This document shows, piece after piece, positions 22,081-34,594 of a stretch of DNA of 64,000 bases. Numbering within the stretch: the first letter of the stretch is position 1; every line of letters begins with the position of its first letter. Under the pieces are notes generated by a model. The model did not search any database, was not told where the DNA came from, and saw only the letters and a list, made by a program, of their open reading frames with translations. The translations under genes were made by a program, and so were the position numbers. The stretch comes from Heteronotia binoei (lineage: Eukaryota), in contig NC_083223.1 of assembly GCF_032191835.1 (NCBI RefSeq), forward strand, positions 56,544,001-56,608,000, given 5' to 3'.

Positions 22081-24476
22081 AGACTAGAATGCTGCATAGT
22101 TTCTTCTTTTTTTCAAAGAACAACACAAAGCAAAATGCTTGTACAGTTTGTCTCCTCCTGGCTAAACTTTGTCACATTCTCTTCCCACTAAATGGGCCCT
22201 TGGTGTTGTGCCCTTTGTGCCACCTGCACAGTGGAATGCTTTGGAGTTCCTCAGAATTCACCAAGCCCGTTGCAAGAATTACACTTTTTTTTTTTTTTGT
22301 ATTTATTAACAGACTAAACAATCAGCTCCAATGGATAGGGCTTCTTAAGACCTTACTTATCCAATATGTTCTCAGAGGACAACGAGAAACACCTCTTGAG
22401 ATGGAACCCAGCTTACTTTTTTGTTATTTATATTTTTATAAATGATGTGATAACTAGGGATAAGAATATTACAAACTTTTCAAATGGGTGCATCTCATCA
22501 TTCACCAGAGGCATTAGCTAATCCAAGTAGAAGGTGCTACAAACGTAAAGTGCAAGAAAGAAAGAACCCATTTCTCTTTCTCTCTCTCACTCTCTCCCTG
22601 CTTCTTTCTGACCTCCAGTTTCCTTACCTTATATACCTAGCTTAAGTTTTTGCCCATGTGCTCTGCTGTTTTGCTTATCTCAGTTACTGCAAAATAATGA
22701 GGCCTATCATCTTTCATCAAGTTGAGTTTTTGGAGACGAACAGGGATATCCAGCCATGAAACTCCAAAGTTCATCAGGAACAAAAACAAAAATCAGAAGC
22801 AAAGGAATATCTGGTGGTGGTGGGAGCATCCAGCCCAGTGAGAAAGATGCTTCATTTCAAGAAGTCTGACGGGGGGGGGGGGGGATGCAAAAGGACTTGA
22901 GTAAAATAATGAAAAGGGAAGCCTTAAGAATTTAAATCTTCTGTAGCAAGATGTGAAAAGTTCTATTACTCCTTTGGAACATGCATTACATTGTAAACAG
23001 TTCTTTTATGCTGTAGTTATTTTGTTTACAAACATGATTTTTTTTAATTTCAAATGCTGTGCTACATGTAATATTTGAAAGTCTCACAATGCTATCAATT
23101 GAGTTTCCAGGGTATCCTTTAAAACAAAAAAAAAAATAACAAAAAAATTGCTTGTTTAAAATACCAGTTGTGATGTTGTAACCAGTTTAAGAAATATGAA
23201 TGTGAGTGGTAAGTATATCTCAGTTTAAATGGTAATCTTAAGGTTAAAAAGGTGAACTGTGGTTTACATTTGTAATTTTGTTCTATTTCCCCCCTATGCA
23301 GTATTAATTAATGATATAAGGAAGTCTCTTGAGCGTTGTTTTGGATTTATAAGAATAATATCAAGAGGTATGTGACTTCTAACTATGGGATTAAAGGAAA
23401 GTCCCTTCCCTTCCCCAACCTTTGTTTAATATTAAGGAAAAGCTAGAAATATTATGCTTGGATGGGAACTATGCTCTTCATAGCATTATTCAGCTTATTT
23501 ATCCTTCCAAGGTTCTACTAATTCTCTAAAGTCTTCAGAAGAACACACACACACATCAGGGTTCAGAATGGAACAAAATTCAAAAATTGAATTGCATCCT
23601 GGAGACAAATTTCTTTTACCAGTTTTAGTTGAACAATCTGTATTTAGCCATAGGCAGAACAGCTCCTTAAATGATACTACAGCACTTTGATTTTTCACTT
23701 TGACGAGCACTTTAAATATGTACTTTGCAAGCCCTTCCTTCCACTATGTGACTGAAAAATGCTAGACGTTATAGGAGGTTAGGCAGATCTAACATTGGGT
23801 TTCTCCGCTTCTCCCCTCCCCCTTTCCTCCAATGTATTTTGTTAAGCATGCATTCTGTTTTAGGGCAAAGCTGATATAAGTAAGCATGTTTAGCATCAAG
23901 ATATGAATCTTTAGAGTTGAATGTTTGAGAAAGGCAGGAACCCTGTAAATTGAGCCTAGTATCTTGTGTAAATTTTACCAAATAGCCTTAAACTGCATTT
24001 GGAAGCAAAAAAACCAAGAGGAATGTATAACATTAAAAATGCAAAAGAACAATAATAATCCTAAAATATTCTGTAATGATTAGGATATTCCCCCTCCCCA
24101 GTGTGTTAATAGAAGTTCTCAGAAAGAGACAACTCCTGGGTAGTGTATAATGTTAATGCTGCTTACTGTTGTTTTAAATGCAAGTGTATTTGCAGGTATC
24201 TTTAAAGATGTAGAGTTTTTTTTCAAGTTGAGCTGCTACATAGAAGTAACTACATGAAAGTAAAAGAGTAGAATATGCATTTCCTAGAGACAGCAGATTT
24301 GAAACAGATCTTCCTTACCCTCTCTTCCTTGTCCCACCATCAATGTTTCCTCTAAACTCTGGAGTCTTGTGAGCAAAAATTCTACTTCATGAGCTATTGA
24401 CATTAAAGTTGAGAGTGAGTGATTTGGCTACTGCATAAATTAGTTTGCTCTGGGGGCATCCTTCCTGAGCTAAGAG

Positions 24477-24658
24477 CAGGGCTTTTTTTGTAGCAGGAAC
24501 TCCTTTGCATATTAGGCCACACACCCCTGATGTAGCCAATCCTCCAAGAGCTTACAAGGCTCTTAGTACAGGGCCTACTGTAAGCTCCAAGAGGATTGGC
24601 TATATCAGGGGTGTGTAGCCTAATATGCAAAGGAGTTCCTGCTACAAGAAAAGCCCTG
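24477..24658. mobile_element. Palindromic hAT-type MITE, family A
   Basis: ~80-bp arms with ~6 mismatches; TSD GCTAAGAG/GCTAAGAA (7/8). Confidence 0.92.
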
Positions 24659-25671
24659 GCTAAGAAGAAAATGTGTGAGCTGGAGGCTAAAAACTGAGCT
24701 AGCTCACACTAACTCAGCTTAGAGGGAACACTGCCCACCATATCTAATGCAGCTGATCTGTTTTTGTCTAGTGTAGTCAATAGGTAAGGCCAATTCACAT
24801 GCTTTGCTCATTGGAGTAAACCTGTGCAGAGCAGGAACTGATGGCCGTAAGGCAATGGGCTGCATTTGACTCCTTCACCATATTCCACACGAAAAAAGAT
24901 GCAAACGATTTTCAAGAGTCCACACCTGTTCAAATGTAACATCTAACCTAGTGGATGAAACAGTATAAGGACTGGATGGTCTGGTATGTGGAATTCTTTG
25001 TTAAATGGAAATGGCTCTTCTGCATCACGTGTTTCTGGAGTGAAGTCTGAACAGCCAGCTGTAATTGTTGCTGCAACTCAAGGGCAAGGGATTGTTCTGC
25101 ACTGCGCCATTCCAAAAGGGAACTTCCTTAAACAGAAGCTTCTTTCCTGTGCAGGCAAGACCGTTGTGTTTATTTTTTTACTTCACTTTCTATTTTGAAA
25201 ATTAATATCAACTCTTACTAATAAGTAAGGCACAAAGCACGAAGGATAGACTAGGCCAATGTGATCAAGCCAAATGCTGATTTGCATGTTTTCCATGCAG
25301 TGATGGGAAGACACTGAATATGAGCCTTTGCCTCTGTACATCCCGCTGTTTGTTCCACCTCTGTTCCAAAGAAAACTATTTAAAATGTAAACCAGTTGCC
25401 TTCTGCTAACTCTGATAAAATGTTTCCTGTTCAAAAACCGAGTTTTTAAGTGCAATATACTTTTTAAACAATAATGGCACTTAATAAGCCATGCTTCTCA
25501 TGTATTGTACGTTAATTTGTTGAGGAAAAAATAAAAGTAATGTTTATAATACTTGTGTTGCAAGTCAGTTGGCCCCAGTCTAGAGTAAACCCTAAAGTCA
25601 ACAGAGAGAGTTACAACCAGATGCGGTTCAAACAAGAGAATATAAATTATTGTATGATTAAAAGATACCAC

Positions 25672-25828
25672 CAGGACTTTTTTTGTAGCAGGAACTCCTT
25701 TGCATTTTAGGCCACACACCCCGATGTAGCCAATTCCCCTGGAGCTCTATAAGCTCTTGGAGGATTGGCTACATCAGGGGTATGTAGCCTAACATGCAAA
25801 TAAGTTCCTGCTACAAAAAAAAGCCCTG
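25672..25828. mobile_element. Palindromic hAT-type MITE, family A (internally shortened)
   Basis: Perfect TSD GATACCAC at 25664-25671 and 25829-25836. Confidence 0.92.
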
Positions 25829-28301
25829 GATACCACCATAGTGGTGAAGTCTACCATGTTCAATTAAACTTGTATCTTGAAGCCACATTGGAAATTAGAA
25901 TCCATAAAGTGATGAATAATGTTGGCCATACAGGCAAATTCTTCTTTTGTTGCCTGTAGTGCACCAAGCAGGGCCCTAATTCTGTGTGCACTTACCTGTG
26001 ATTAACAGTTTAATCCTTAGCAGAACTGGACCCTTCTAAATCCATTAATGTCAATGGGTTTAGAAAGATGTAACTCGGCTTAGAGTAACACTGTAAATAT
26101 AATTGAAAACTATAGGACAGTTGTAAGTAAAGATGCACAGGACTGGGCTTCTAACAAGTCTCTCTTGTTAGAAAAGAACTTGTTAGATTTGCTTTCCAGT
26201 GATGTCTGTGGTTGTTGGCTTTCATTTCCATTCCACGATTTGTCAGTTACGCATCATGACATGTTTTGCAGGTTGCTATTTGATTGATCAGAATGGCCTT
26301 CCTGGGAAGAATGAGAAATGTCACTGAGAATAAGACCAAAAACAGCATTTTAATTTAATTTATTTAAAACATTTTTATGCCACCTTTTCCACCTGATCAG
26401 GGTCCACAAGGTGGCAAACATAAAGAATTAAAACATTTGAGCAATTAAAAATACGGTACCTTTAAAATTATAAAGTAATTTGATTAAAACCATATAAACA
26501 GCACTAGACTGAGGGCCCATAACCATTATAGTAGGTATGCTAGATGAAACAAAAAGTCTTCACCTGATGACAAAAGACACCTATGGAGAGAGAGACAGAT
26601 AAATGTTAGTTCATCAAATACACAGTAAATGCCTATTGCATGTTGAATGGGATTGTGGGATTCATGCAAAAGAGTTTCAGATAGTAACAACTGTTTTTTA
26701 AGGTGCTCAAGGTAGCCTGTAATCTGGAGTCTTATGTGTATGAAAGAACTTTTCTGTTCTAGACAATCCTCTATAACTACAAGGAACCACCACCCTCACC
26801 CCCAAAATCTATTGAAAAACAACCTGTAACTAACTGAAGAGAACAGGAAGTAGGATTAAGCAGGTTTCCCATCATTTATCCATGGGTTTTGCTCAGACAA
26901 TCTTCCAGCCCTTTTTGAGGAATTTGAAAGAATCCAAAGATTCAGAACACAGCCCATTTCCCAGAGTCAGGAAAGGAAACTGAGTTGGTGCACACTTCCA
27001 CAACTCTGAGAATCAGGATCCTGGGGAAAGCAGTGACAGAACAACAAGTGACAACAAATAACAAAAGCCCCTTCAAAACTAGTTTATTCTTCGTGTGCCA
27101 AAAACTATTTTTTTAAAATATATATGTATAGGTATTATTTTAGCACACACATTTGGAGATGGAGTTGAAGGCTGTTTGCTTGTTTGCTAGATGGCTTGTT
27201 TTTTGCAGCACGAGAGTGCGCTTTCTGTAAGATCCCTGAAGTTCAGAGTCAAGTGTGTGTGCATTATGGGGCTTTTTAAAAAAAATCTTCACAGACCCTG
27301 ATAATACTGGGAGGGAAATAAAAACATTTCATAATATGAACTACTCTGGGATTGCTCATCAGAATTCCCACAAATCACATAATCTTTTTTTTTTTTAAAC
27401 ACCACCAAATGGGGAACTTTCACAAATCGATTGCAAAATCAATCCTAATAAGGTTTTGTAACCATTCTAAGACACAAAGGACCTTAATCATGCAACTGCT
27501 GATCCTACAAATTATATTTTCTTTAGCAATATTGGAAAAGGGAGATTGTATTTCTCAGAGGCTTCTTGGCTGGATTTTCTGGACACTTCTGCTCGTTCCT
27601 TAAAGAGGATGTGCTCAAGAGACAACATTTTGAAGTTCCCCTAGTGAAAACGTACTGAATTCTTAATTGTCATTTTACCAGATTAAAAGTATAGGGCTGG
27701 ATCCAATGACTCGCTTCTGCTACGCAAGTCATCTAGGTCTGGTGGAAGGACTCCATCAGAGCAACACTCTTTTCACAAGAGCAAGGGGTCACGGGGTTCA
27801 AGCCTATATTTTAATATGCAGTGCCAAATTAAACTTAAAAACAGGAGAGCAAACTTGAGACTTCTATTCATATTCTAACCTTTAAATCGCACTAGGTGTG
27901 GTTTAATAGAACTGCAAATAATGTTAGCAGTACCACACAACCATTTTACAGAATGGATCACATGCTTCTTGTACACATGAACCCAATCCTGTCATCTCCA
28001 GTTTGAAAAGAAAAAAAAAAAGAGTAAGTACCAGGCAGAATGGACAGAGTTGGGCTGTAAAAACTGATATAACAGCTGAATGTGTTCAAAGAATTGGAAG
28101 CAATTAAGTATTTGAACTGTGCACTTTAATTGTGTTGCATCCAGTGGGGTAGGGTGTAGGCATGCATAACTTTTGCTGGACTGTGTTCAAAGTGCCTGTG
28201 CTTTATCTGTTCCGTTCCCCCTTTTTCTTACTCATCCCAACCACACGTGTGTATAACTTGGCTTCTGTGCATGTACTGTAGCTACAAAAGGAATGGACCA
28301 T

Positions 28302-28497
28302 CAGGGCCTTTTTTTTTTTACAAAGCCCAGCAGGAACTCATTTGCATATTAAGTCACACCCCCTGACACCGTTGTTTCTCATAGGGCTTTTTGTAGAAAA
28401 AGCCCAGCAGGAACTCATTTGCATATTAGGCCACACATCTGACACCAAGCCAGCCAGAACTATGTTCCTGTGCATTCCTGCTAAAAAAAACCCCCTG
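28302..28497 (+). mobile_element. hAT-type MITE, family B
   Basis: TSD TGGACCAT/TGGGCCAT (7/8); two ATTTGCAT-containing units. Confidence 0.88.
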
Positions 28498-30658
28498 TGG
28501 GCCATATACATGAAGGTTCATCCATCCCAGTCCATTGTCTGGATATTGCGCTGGTTTGAAGGGTAGGAGGAGAAGGTAGACAGCTAGCTCAGTGCCTGTC
28601 CAGTATCTCTTCTAGCACCACTGTCAATTTAATTTGCAGGCAATGGGGGCTTACTAGCCTCAGTAATTGTGGTTGCCCCATTCATATGTTTATGTGCTTC
28701 TCATGAAGCTATGGGTACACTGACTGGAAGAAGGTTAGACTGGGACTCTTGTGAATTTCATTCATTTTTCTTCTTTGTCCTTCTTCTTTGTCCCTTTTGT
28801 ACATTTCTCTAGCATTTGTATAATCTTTGATACATTAACCGCTTTTTTCCCCCTTTTGGCAGCCATTCTTTATGATATCTGTAGGTCATCACTAGAAATC
28901 TGCTACCTGTTCTCAGAAAGGTCTGTGTATGAAAAAGATGAGGGAAATAAGGTTGATTCTGAAGGATCAGCAAGGATGCTTATGTGAGGGAAGCGTGTTT
29001 CCATCTGTAGATCTATGTTGAGGACTAGGGTTACAGACTCTCAACAAGCCGTATGCAAAGCATTTCAAAGCTGAGCAATTTGCTGACATTTCCCCCAGCT
29101 TTGAAGTGATGCACATCTATAGAAGATTCTGACACTAGATATCTTTTTATATAGAACACAGACAGAGATCTGACAAATTAAAATCGCAGAATCACATGAG
29201 CTGCAAAGATAACTGTACTGCTGATTGTTTCTACCCACTTGAACGGTACTAGTGAACAATTTAATAATGATCAATTCCTATCAAGAGAGGTTTATTCCTT
29301 TTTAAATGGCAGCTATAGCAATTGCCTGATTACCACTTTTGCTTCAGGTATCAACACATGTTTCGCCTTAACTCTAATGCCAGTTACCCCAACATCCGTC
29401 TAGGCAGCTTTCTTTGCATTCAAGGCTACCACATTAGATATGCAACACAGAATGGAAGCCAGCTACCGCTTGTTTGGGATACAAGTGTACATCATCTGCA
29501 GCAGCAGTTACTCTCTCCTTCCAAGCAGGCAATAGTCACAACAGAGAAGGGTTTTTATTTAGCATAGATGTTGATCTCTACACACACAGCTATATTCATA
29601 AGCACTTATTTCCAAGCACGGAAATGCAGTACCCAGTTATGTTTGAAGTCCCATCAGGTGCTCTGTGCTTAGTGATGAATGTCTTGCCAATCTTCCATAA
29701 TGTTTTGTTGGTACTTTGTCCACTTTCACCTCAACTTTACATCATCACTTCATGTGAAACCTAGATAAATATTTGTACATTGATTTACCTCTGAGGTTTG
29801 ATATTGGTCTCCATTTCAATTTTAAAGGGCTCAACATGCATGTATTATCTCCTCCATGCTTTCATTTTTGTTGAAGGGGGGGGGAGGGTTGGGGTTTGGA
29901 TTTTTTTTTTTAAAAAAAATCCCTTTAAGACAGTGCAAACTAATACTGCTCTAGAAACAGTCTTTCCTTTACAAACAAAAACAGAAAAAGTCACTATGTC
30001 TGTACAGCTTCTTCTGTGCAGAAAGAAATTCATAGGTTCGCTTAGTGCATAACGTGCCAAAATCTTCAATTGTGGCCTACAGACTAAATTAAATGCCTCC
30101 TACCGAATTTCAAGGAATGTTAGAAACAGAAAACTAGCTCTTTAGTTTATTGTTAAAGAATTATATATATAAATATTATATATATATATAGATATAGATA
30201 TATACTTACATAAGAAATCATATCAACAATGAGGATGAACTGAGTGCCAAATATTTGCCATCTGTACAAACCTTCACTTCACTGGAGTTAAAGCTATTTT
30301 ATGTAATTCTCTTTCTCATGTTTTTATGGTTCTTTTGATAAGTTCAGTTTAGTAGCATGCAGGATACCTGAATTTGAATGTATAATATAACGTTTCATTG
30401 CTACAATAATTTCTTGCTTCTCAGTAATATCTTATTTACCAAAAAGTTGTTTGTTTGTTTGTTTGGAACATCCTTCCTGATGTTTTATTCTTTAGTTACT
30501 TTTTTCATTATCTTCTATTTGCCTTCAGCTAATTGTAAGAACAACAAATGTGCTTCACTATTCTCTCCCCCCCCCCCACCCTCACTGGCTCTTTTATGAA
30601 GCTGCCTCTCCATTGATTCCTGTATTGTTTATGATCATCTTCTGTAAATAATTCTGCA

Positions 30659-30664
30659 ATTAAA
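30659..30664 (+). promoter_or_regulatory. Candidate distal polyadenylation signal (ATTAAA) of DLGAP2
   Basis: ATTAAA preceded by TGTA motifs and followed by a T-run; not verifiable from DNA alone. Confidence 0.4.
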
Positions 30665-31194
30665 TTTTTTGAGAAAAGTGGCCTTGCTCTTTATTAATAC
30701 TGCCTCAACCCATGGAAAAGATGCAATTAGAAGCTCTCACACAATTTATAAGCATGATGTAAAAATTCACAGAGATTATTGGGAATTGTTCTAGGTTGCT
30801 TCCCGAGCCAAAGGATGTATTAAAGAATCTGATAACTAGCAAAAACAACTTAGTTCCTCTAAGCATGGTGCCATTGTATTAATATGTTGAGCAGAGTGTA
30901 ACATGGCACAGCAGAATTTGTGTTAGGTTGCTGCTGAGGAAATAAAATGTTCACAGAGCCTGCTTTTATCTTTAGTAGAGAAATATGAGGAACTCCAACC
31001 AGGATAGAAAAAAGTAGAGAGAGTGTTCTGAGCTGTACTAGGATGGACAGAGAGGCACAAGGCATGTCCTGCCCTCATGGCTGCAAGATGGGGGAGAGAG
31101 AAAGTATCACCTAGAAGGAAGAAAGTTTCCCTGAAAGTAGCAATCTAAGCATCAAAGGGATGACATCAGAGCAGGAGAAAGGAAGGGATACATC

Positions 31195-31951
31195 TGTCTA
31201 GCTCTCTGGCTGTCTATAGTCCCCCTCTGAAGTCCGAGGCTAAGAGACAGAACTAAGTCTTTCAACTGTTAACTGCTGTGGTTAGGAGCTTTTAACCCAA
31301 ATTTGCGAGAGGGAATCATTAACTAAGCCTCTGGGAACACCTCTTAGAGAAACAACAGAGTCAGGAGTCCTTAAATACATGGCCATTTATTCAGAAGTAC
31401 TTGCTAATACATAGTTCTAAGATCAGAATCCAATTACAATTCAGGAATTTCATGAAACAGATACAATGACTACATAGCTACAGCCTAAGGTCCCATAATG
31501 TCTTGTCTATTGTCTTTAGCAAAGCAAAGCTTCAGTAAAGTTTACTTAGTTCATTCCTTGCAAAGCATGGTAGCATCTCACCTTCTGATGTACGCCTTCA
31601 AAGGATGAGGTGGGGAATCAAGACCTCAGTCAGGCTTGTTCCCATTTCCTGGTCTACTACCCCTTCCTTTCATCCAAATCTGAGTGGTCGGACCACCCAA
31701 TTCACCCAATCTCGTATAAGGGGTCAACTCTTTGGCTCTAAAATCCATTACTCAGCATACCAAATGTCCCCTCCACATCAAAACTAGATGATAAACTTTC
31801 CCTTCCAAATGTCATCCTAACTTTGGGGGTAAACTCACACTCTTTCCTCATTCTTACTTTGGCATGTCTCCATATTGCTAGAGAACTCCATTTTGTATCA
31901 AGGAATCCATTTTGAACATAACCATTCCAGCCTTTTTCTAGGCCTAGAACA
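31195..31951 (-). mobile_element. Probable solo LTR (757 bp)
   Basis: TG...CA ends (TGTCTAG / CTAGAACA imperfect IR); 4-bp TSD CATC at 31191-31194 and 31952-31955; minus-strand AATAAA at 31386-31391; no clear TATA box found. Confidence 0.55.
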
Positions 31952-33278
31952 CATCCATCTACCAGAAATACTTCACCTGAATAAGCTGTTCTCCTACAAT
32001 TAGAAGCTTAAGATCCCTTTCCTGACTTAAACAGATGAGGTGAGATAGAAAACCTGATTTAAGTACCAAAAATAGTGAACCAATGTTATAAATCTATGCC
32101 CATATAGTGAATATGTATGTACTCTTCTTAATAACTAAGAATCTAGCATTGGAATGTATTGAATCTAAAAGTTCTTCTTAAAAATCTCATCCTCAGTGCT
32201 TTGGCATCACTCCCAATCCTTCTAATCCCCTCCTGATCAGTCACATCCTTCAATGGAACATCTTCACAATCATTTCCTCAATAATGAACACCCTTGTATG
32301 ATTAAAACAACTTTTACATGAATTCTATATGGTTCAATGTACTTTGTATTGAATCTCTGTATAAAACATGCTGTGTGTGTTATCGACAAGAACCGTGCTG
32401 TGACCTTTCTCACTCAGGCACAGCTTCTAGCAAACTCCTCTTGCCCCCTCCCATCCAGAAAGGGACTTTTTCGATCCAAGTTATGTTGGCTTACTGCCCT
32501 TCCTCTGATTTCTTCTCAATGTATATTCAAGTTAAAGGGTTTCAATGTGGCATATTCCCTTTCCAGTCTTTCCTTACCAATCAACAGCACTATCGGGGCA
32601 TCTAATTAAGAGTCCTGAAAAGAAATGTTAATTCCTTTTACTCTCATCTTCATCAGACAAGCCATTTCTTTCCACCCCCTCCTGTCTTCATAAAATGAGT
32701 TTATAAAATACTCTGGCATTCGTTCCAAAAATGAATCAATATTCTTCATGTTTCCTTTTCATCTTCTGTATACTGAGAGTCCTGGTTACATTTTAAAAGG
32801 GTTCTGTTAACCGGATAGAGATTTCTCTCTTGCTGAAATCAGGTTTAAACTGAAACACACACTTGAAGACACGCAGGACTGAAGTATAGGCCATGAATAT
32901 ACCTTCGGGAATCCATACATCTTGTTCCAGCAATATAGGCACGGCTAACACAACATACTATATTAAAGGAACTTAGAATTTTATTGTCACTACAATTCAC
33001 GAGTACTCAAATCAATTGAAAGTAAATTGACACAGTGTTATGTGTAAAGAATTTGGTTTAGCTTGCTTGTGGTAAGTATTACCAGCTTTCTAAATGATGT
33101 ATTAAGTCTTCCAAGCCTGGGAATGCACAAAGAATCTGAGAAAGGCATGCGAGTCATCACAGGATAAGTGAGAGCTGTACATTTGAAATGGCAACTCCAA
33201 GGTATATGTGACCTACCTACAGAGGAAAGCAAGAGGCCTAGACTTTAGAAATCGACCTGTCTAATCAAAGTGAAGAAG

Positions 33279-33578
33279 TAAAAAAGGTAAAGGTAGTTCC
33301 CTGTGCAAGCACCAGTTGTTTCCAACTCTGGGGTGACATTCGCAATGTTTTCATGGCAGATTTTTTATGGGGTGGTTTGCCATTTCCTTCCCCAGTCATC
33401 TACACTTCCCCCCCCAGCAAGTTGGGTACTCATTTTACTGACCTCGGAAGAATGGAAGGCTGAGTCAACCTGGAGCTGGCTACTTGAACACATCTTCCGC
33501 CGAGATCGAACTCAGGTCGTGAGCAGGGAGATCAAACTTCAGTACTGCAGCTTTACCACTCTGTGCCACAAGGCTCTT
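33279..33578 (-). mobile_element. Sauria SINE (Squam1-type)
   Basis: Same structure as 17357-17655; 12-bp TSD AAAGTGAAGAAG at 33267-33278 and 33579-33590. Confidence 0.92.
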
Positions 33579-34405
33579 AAAGTGAAGAAGAGGACTGGGC
33601 AATTTAAAGGGCAAAAGGAGTATCTAAGGGGCAAACTACATGTTCTGAATTATCACCAGTATGCAGCTCTTCACCCTGTCCTATTTACATATATGCTTCT
33701 TTTCTCCCCAAAAAACACAGCGCTGGATAACATTGTGCAACTCAAAATTAGGTTAACAGAATTTCTTTTCAGGATGTGTAAGCTTCACGCCAAACAATTA
33801 GTTAATACTGTACTGGGCTAATAGGCTTAATTAATATGCATGAATATTCCTTCCATTTCATTTGCTCTGTATACTTTTGGAGTATGGATAACATTCCTAA
33901 GATTTTGAGGTGAGGCTTAGGAGACAGAGAATTTGCCAAGCCCTCATCCAACATACAACTGCTTCAGCAGCTGTGTCTTAAGGTGACCAGCAGAGGGAGC
34001 CCCTGAAACATCAGCAGTTAAATACATGAAGGTGGTTTTAGCTGTGCTGCTGAAAGGACTCAAAATAACAAAGACAAATTATTCAAATGAAATCTCTATT
34101 TCCCCTTTTAAAAAATTAGAAGACCTCAGCAATTGATAACCAGTAACAGAAGGGAAAGTGCTGTCTGGTAAAACATATGACAGCAAACCGTCTGGTAAAA
34201 CATATGACAATCAAGAGACTATCTACAGTAGCACAATCCTTCAGCAGCAGAGACTCACGCGGTTTCAGAATAAACAAAAGCAAGTGCCATTAACTGGCAA
34301 CAACCAAAATAAGTTCTTATCTTGCTTTTCCTGATCGTAGTTTGAATTTTTACACGTGGCTAGAAACACTTAAAACAATATGCTACAATAGGCACTGCTT
34401 GTCAC

Positions 34406-34594
34406 CAGGGCTTTTTTTGAGCAGGAACACACAGGAACGCAGTTCCAACTGGCTTGGTGTCAAGGGGTGTGGCCCGATATGCAAATGAATTCCTGCTGTA
34501 GAAAATGCCCTGTGTGGAACAATGGTGATATCAGGGGGTGTGGCTTAATATGCAAATGAATTCCTGCTGGGCTTTGTCTACAAAAAAAGCCCTG
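34406..34594 (-). mobile_element. hAT-type MITE, family B
   Basis: Ends CAGGGCTTTTTTTG / AAAAAAAGCCCTG; TSD 6/8. Confidence 0.85.

Larger units (their letters stand above)
22081..30685 (+). other. DLGAP2: Putative long DLGAP2 3' UTR (~8.6 kb); end point inferred
   Basis: AU-rich, few repeats; TGTAAATA and ATTAAA near 30.65 kb followed by a U-run; earlier AATAAA hexamers exist, so the end is uncertain. Confidence 0.45.

Noticed and set aside
33303-33821. 172-aa ORF
   Set aside because: GTG start; reads through an antisense Sauria SINE into flanking DNA; no splice or homology support.
34163-34209. 20-bp direct repeat GTCTGGTAAAACATATGACA with 7-nt spacer
   Set aside because: Two copies only; consistent with ordinary slippage and no functional context.
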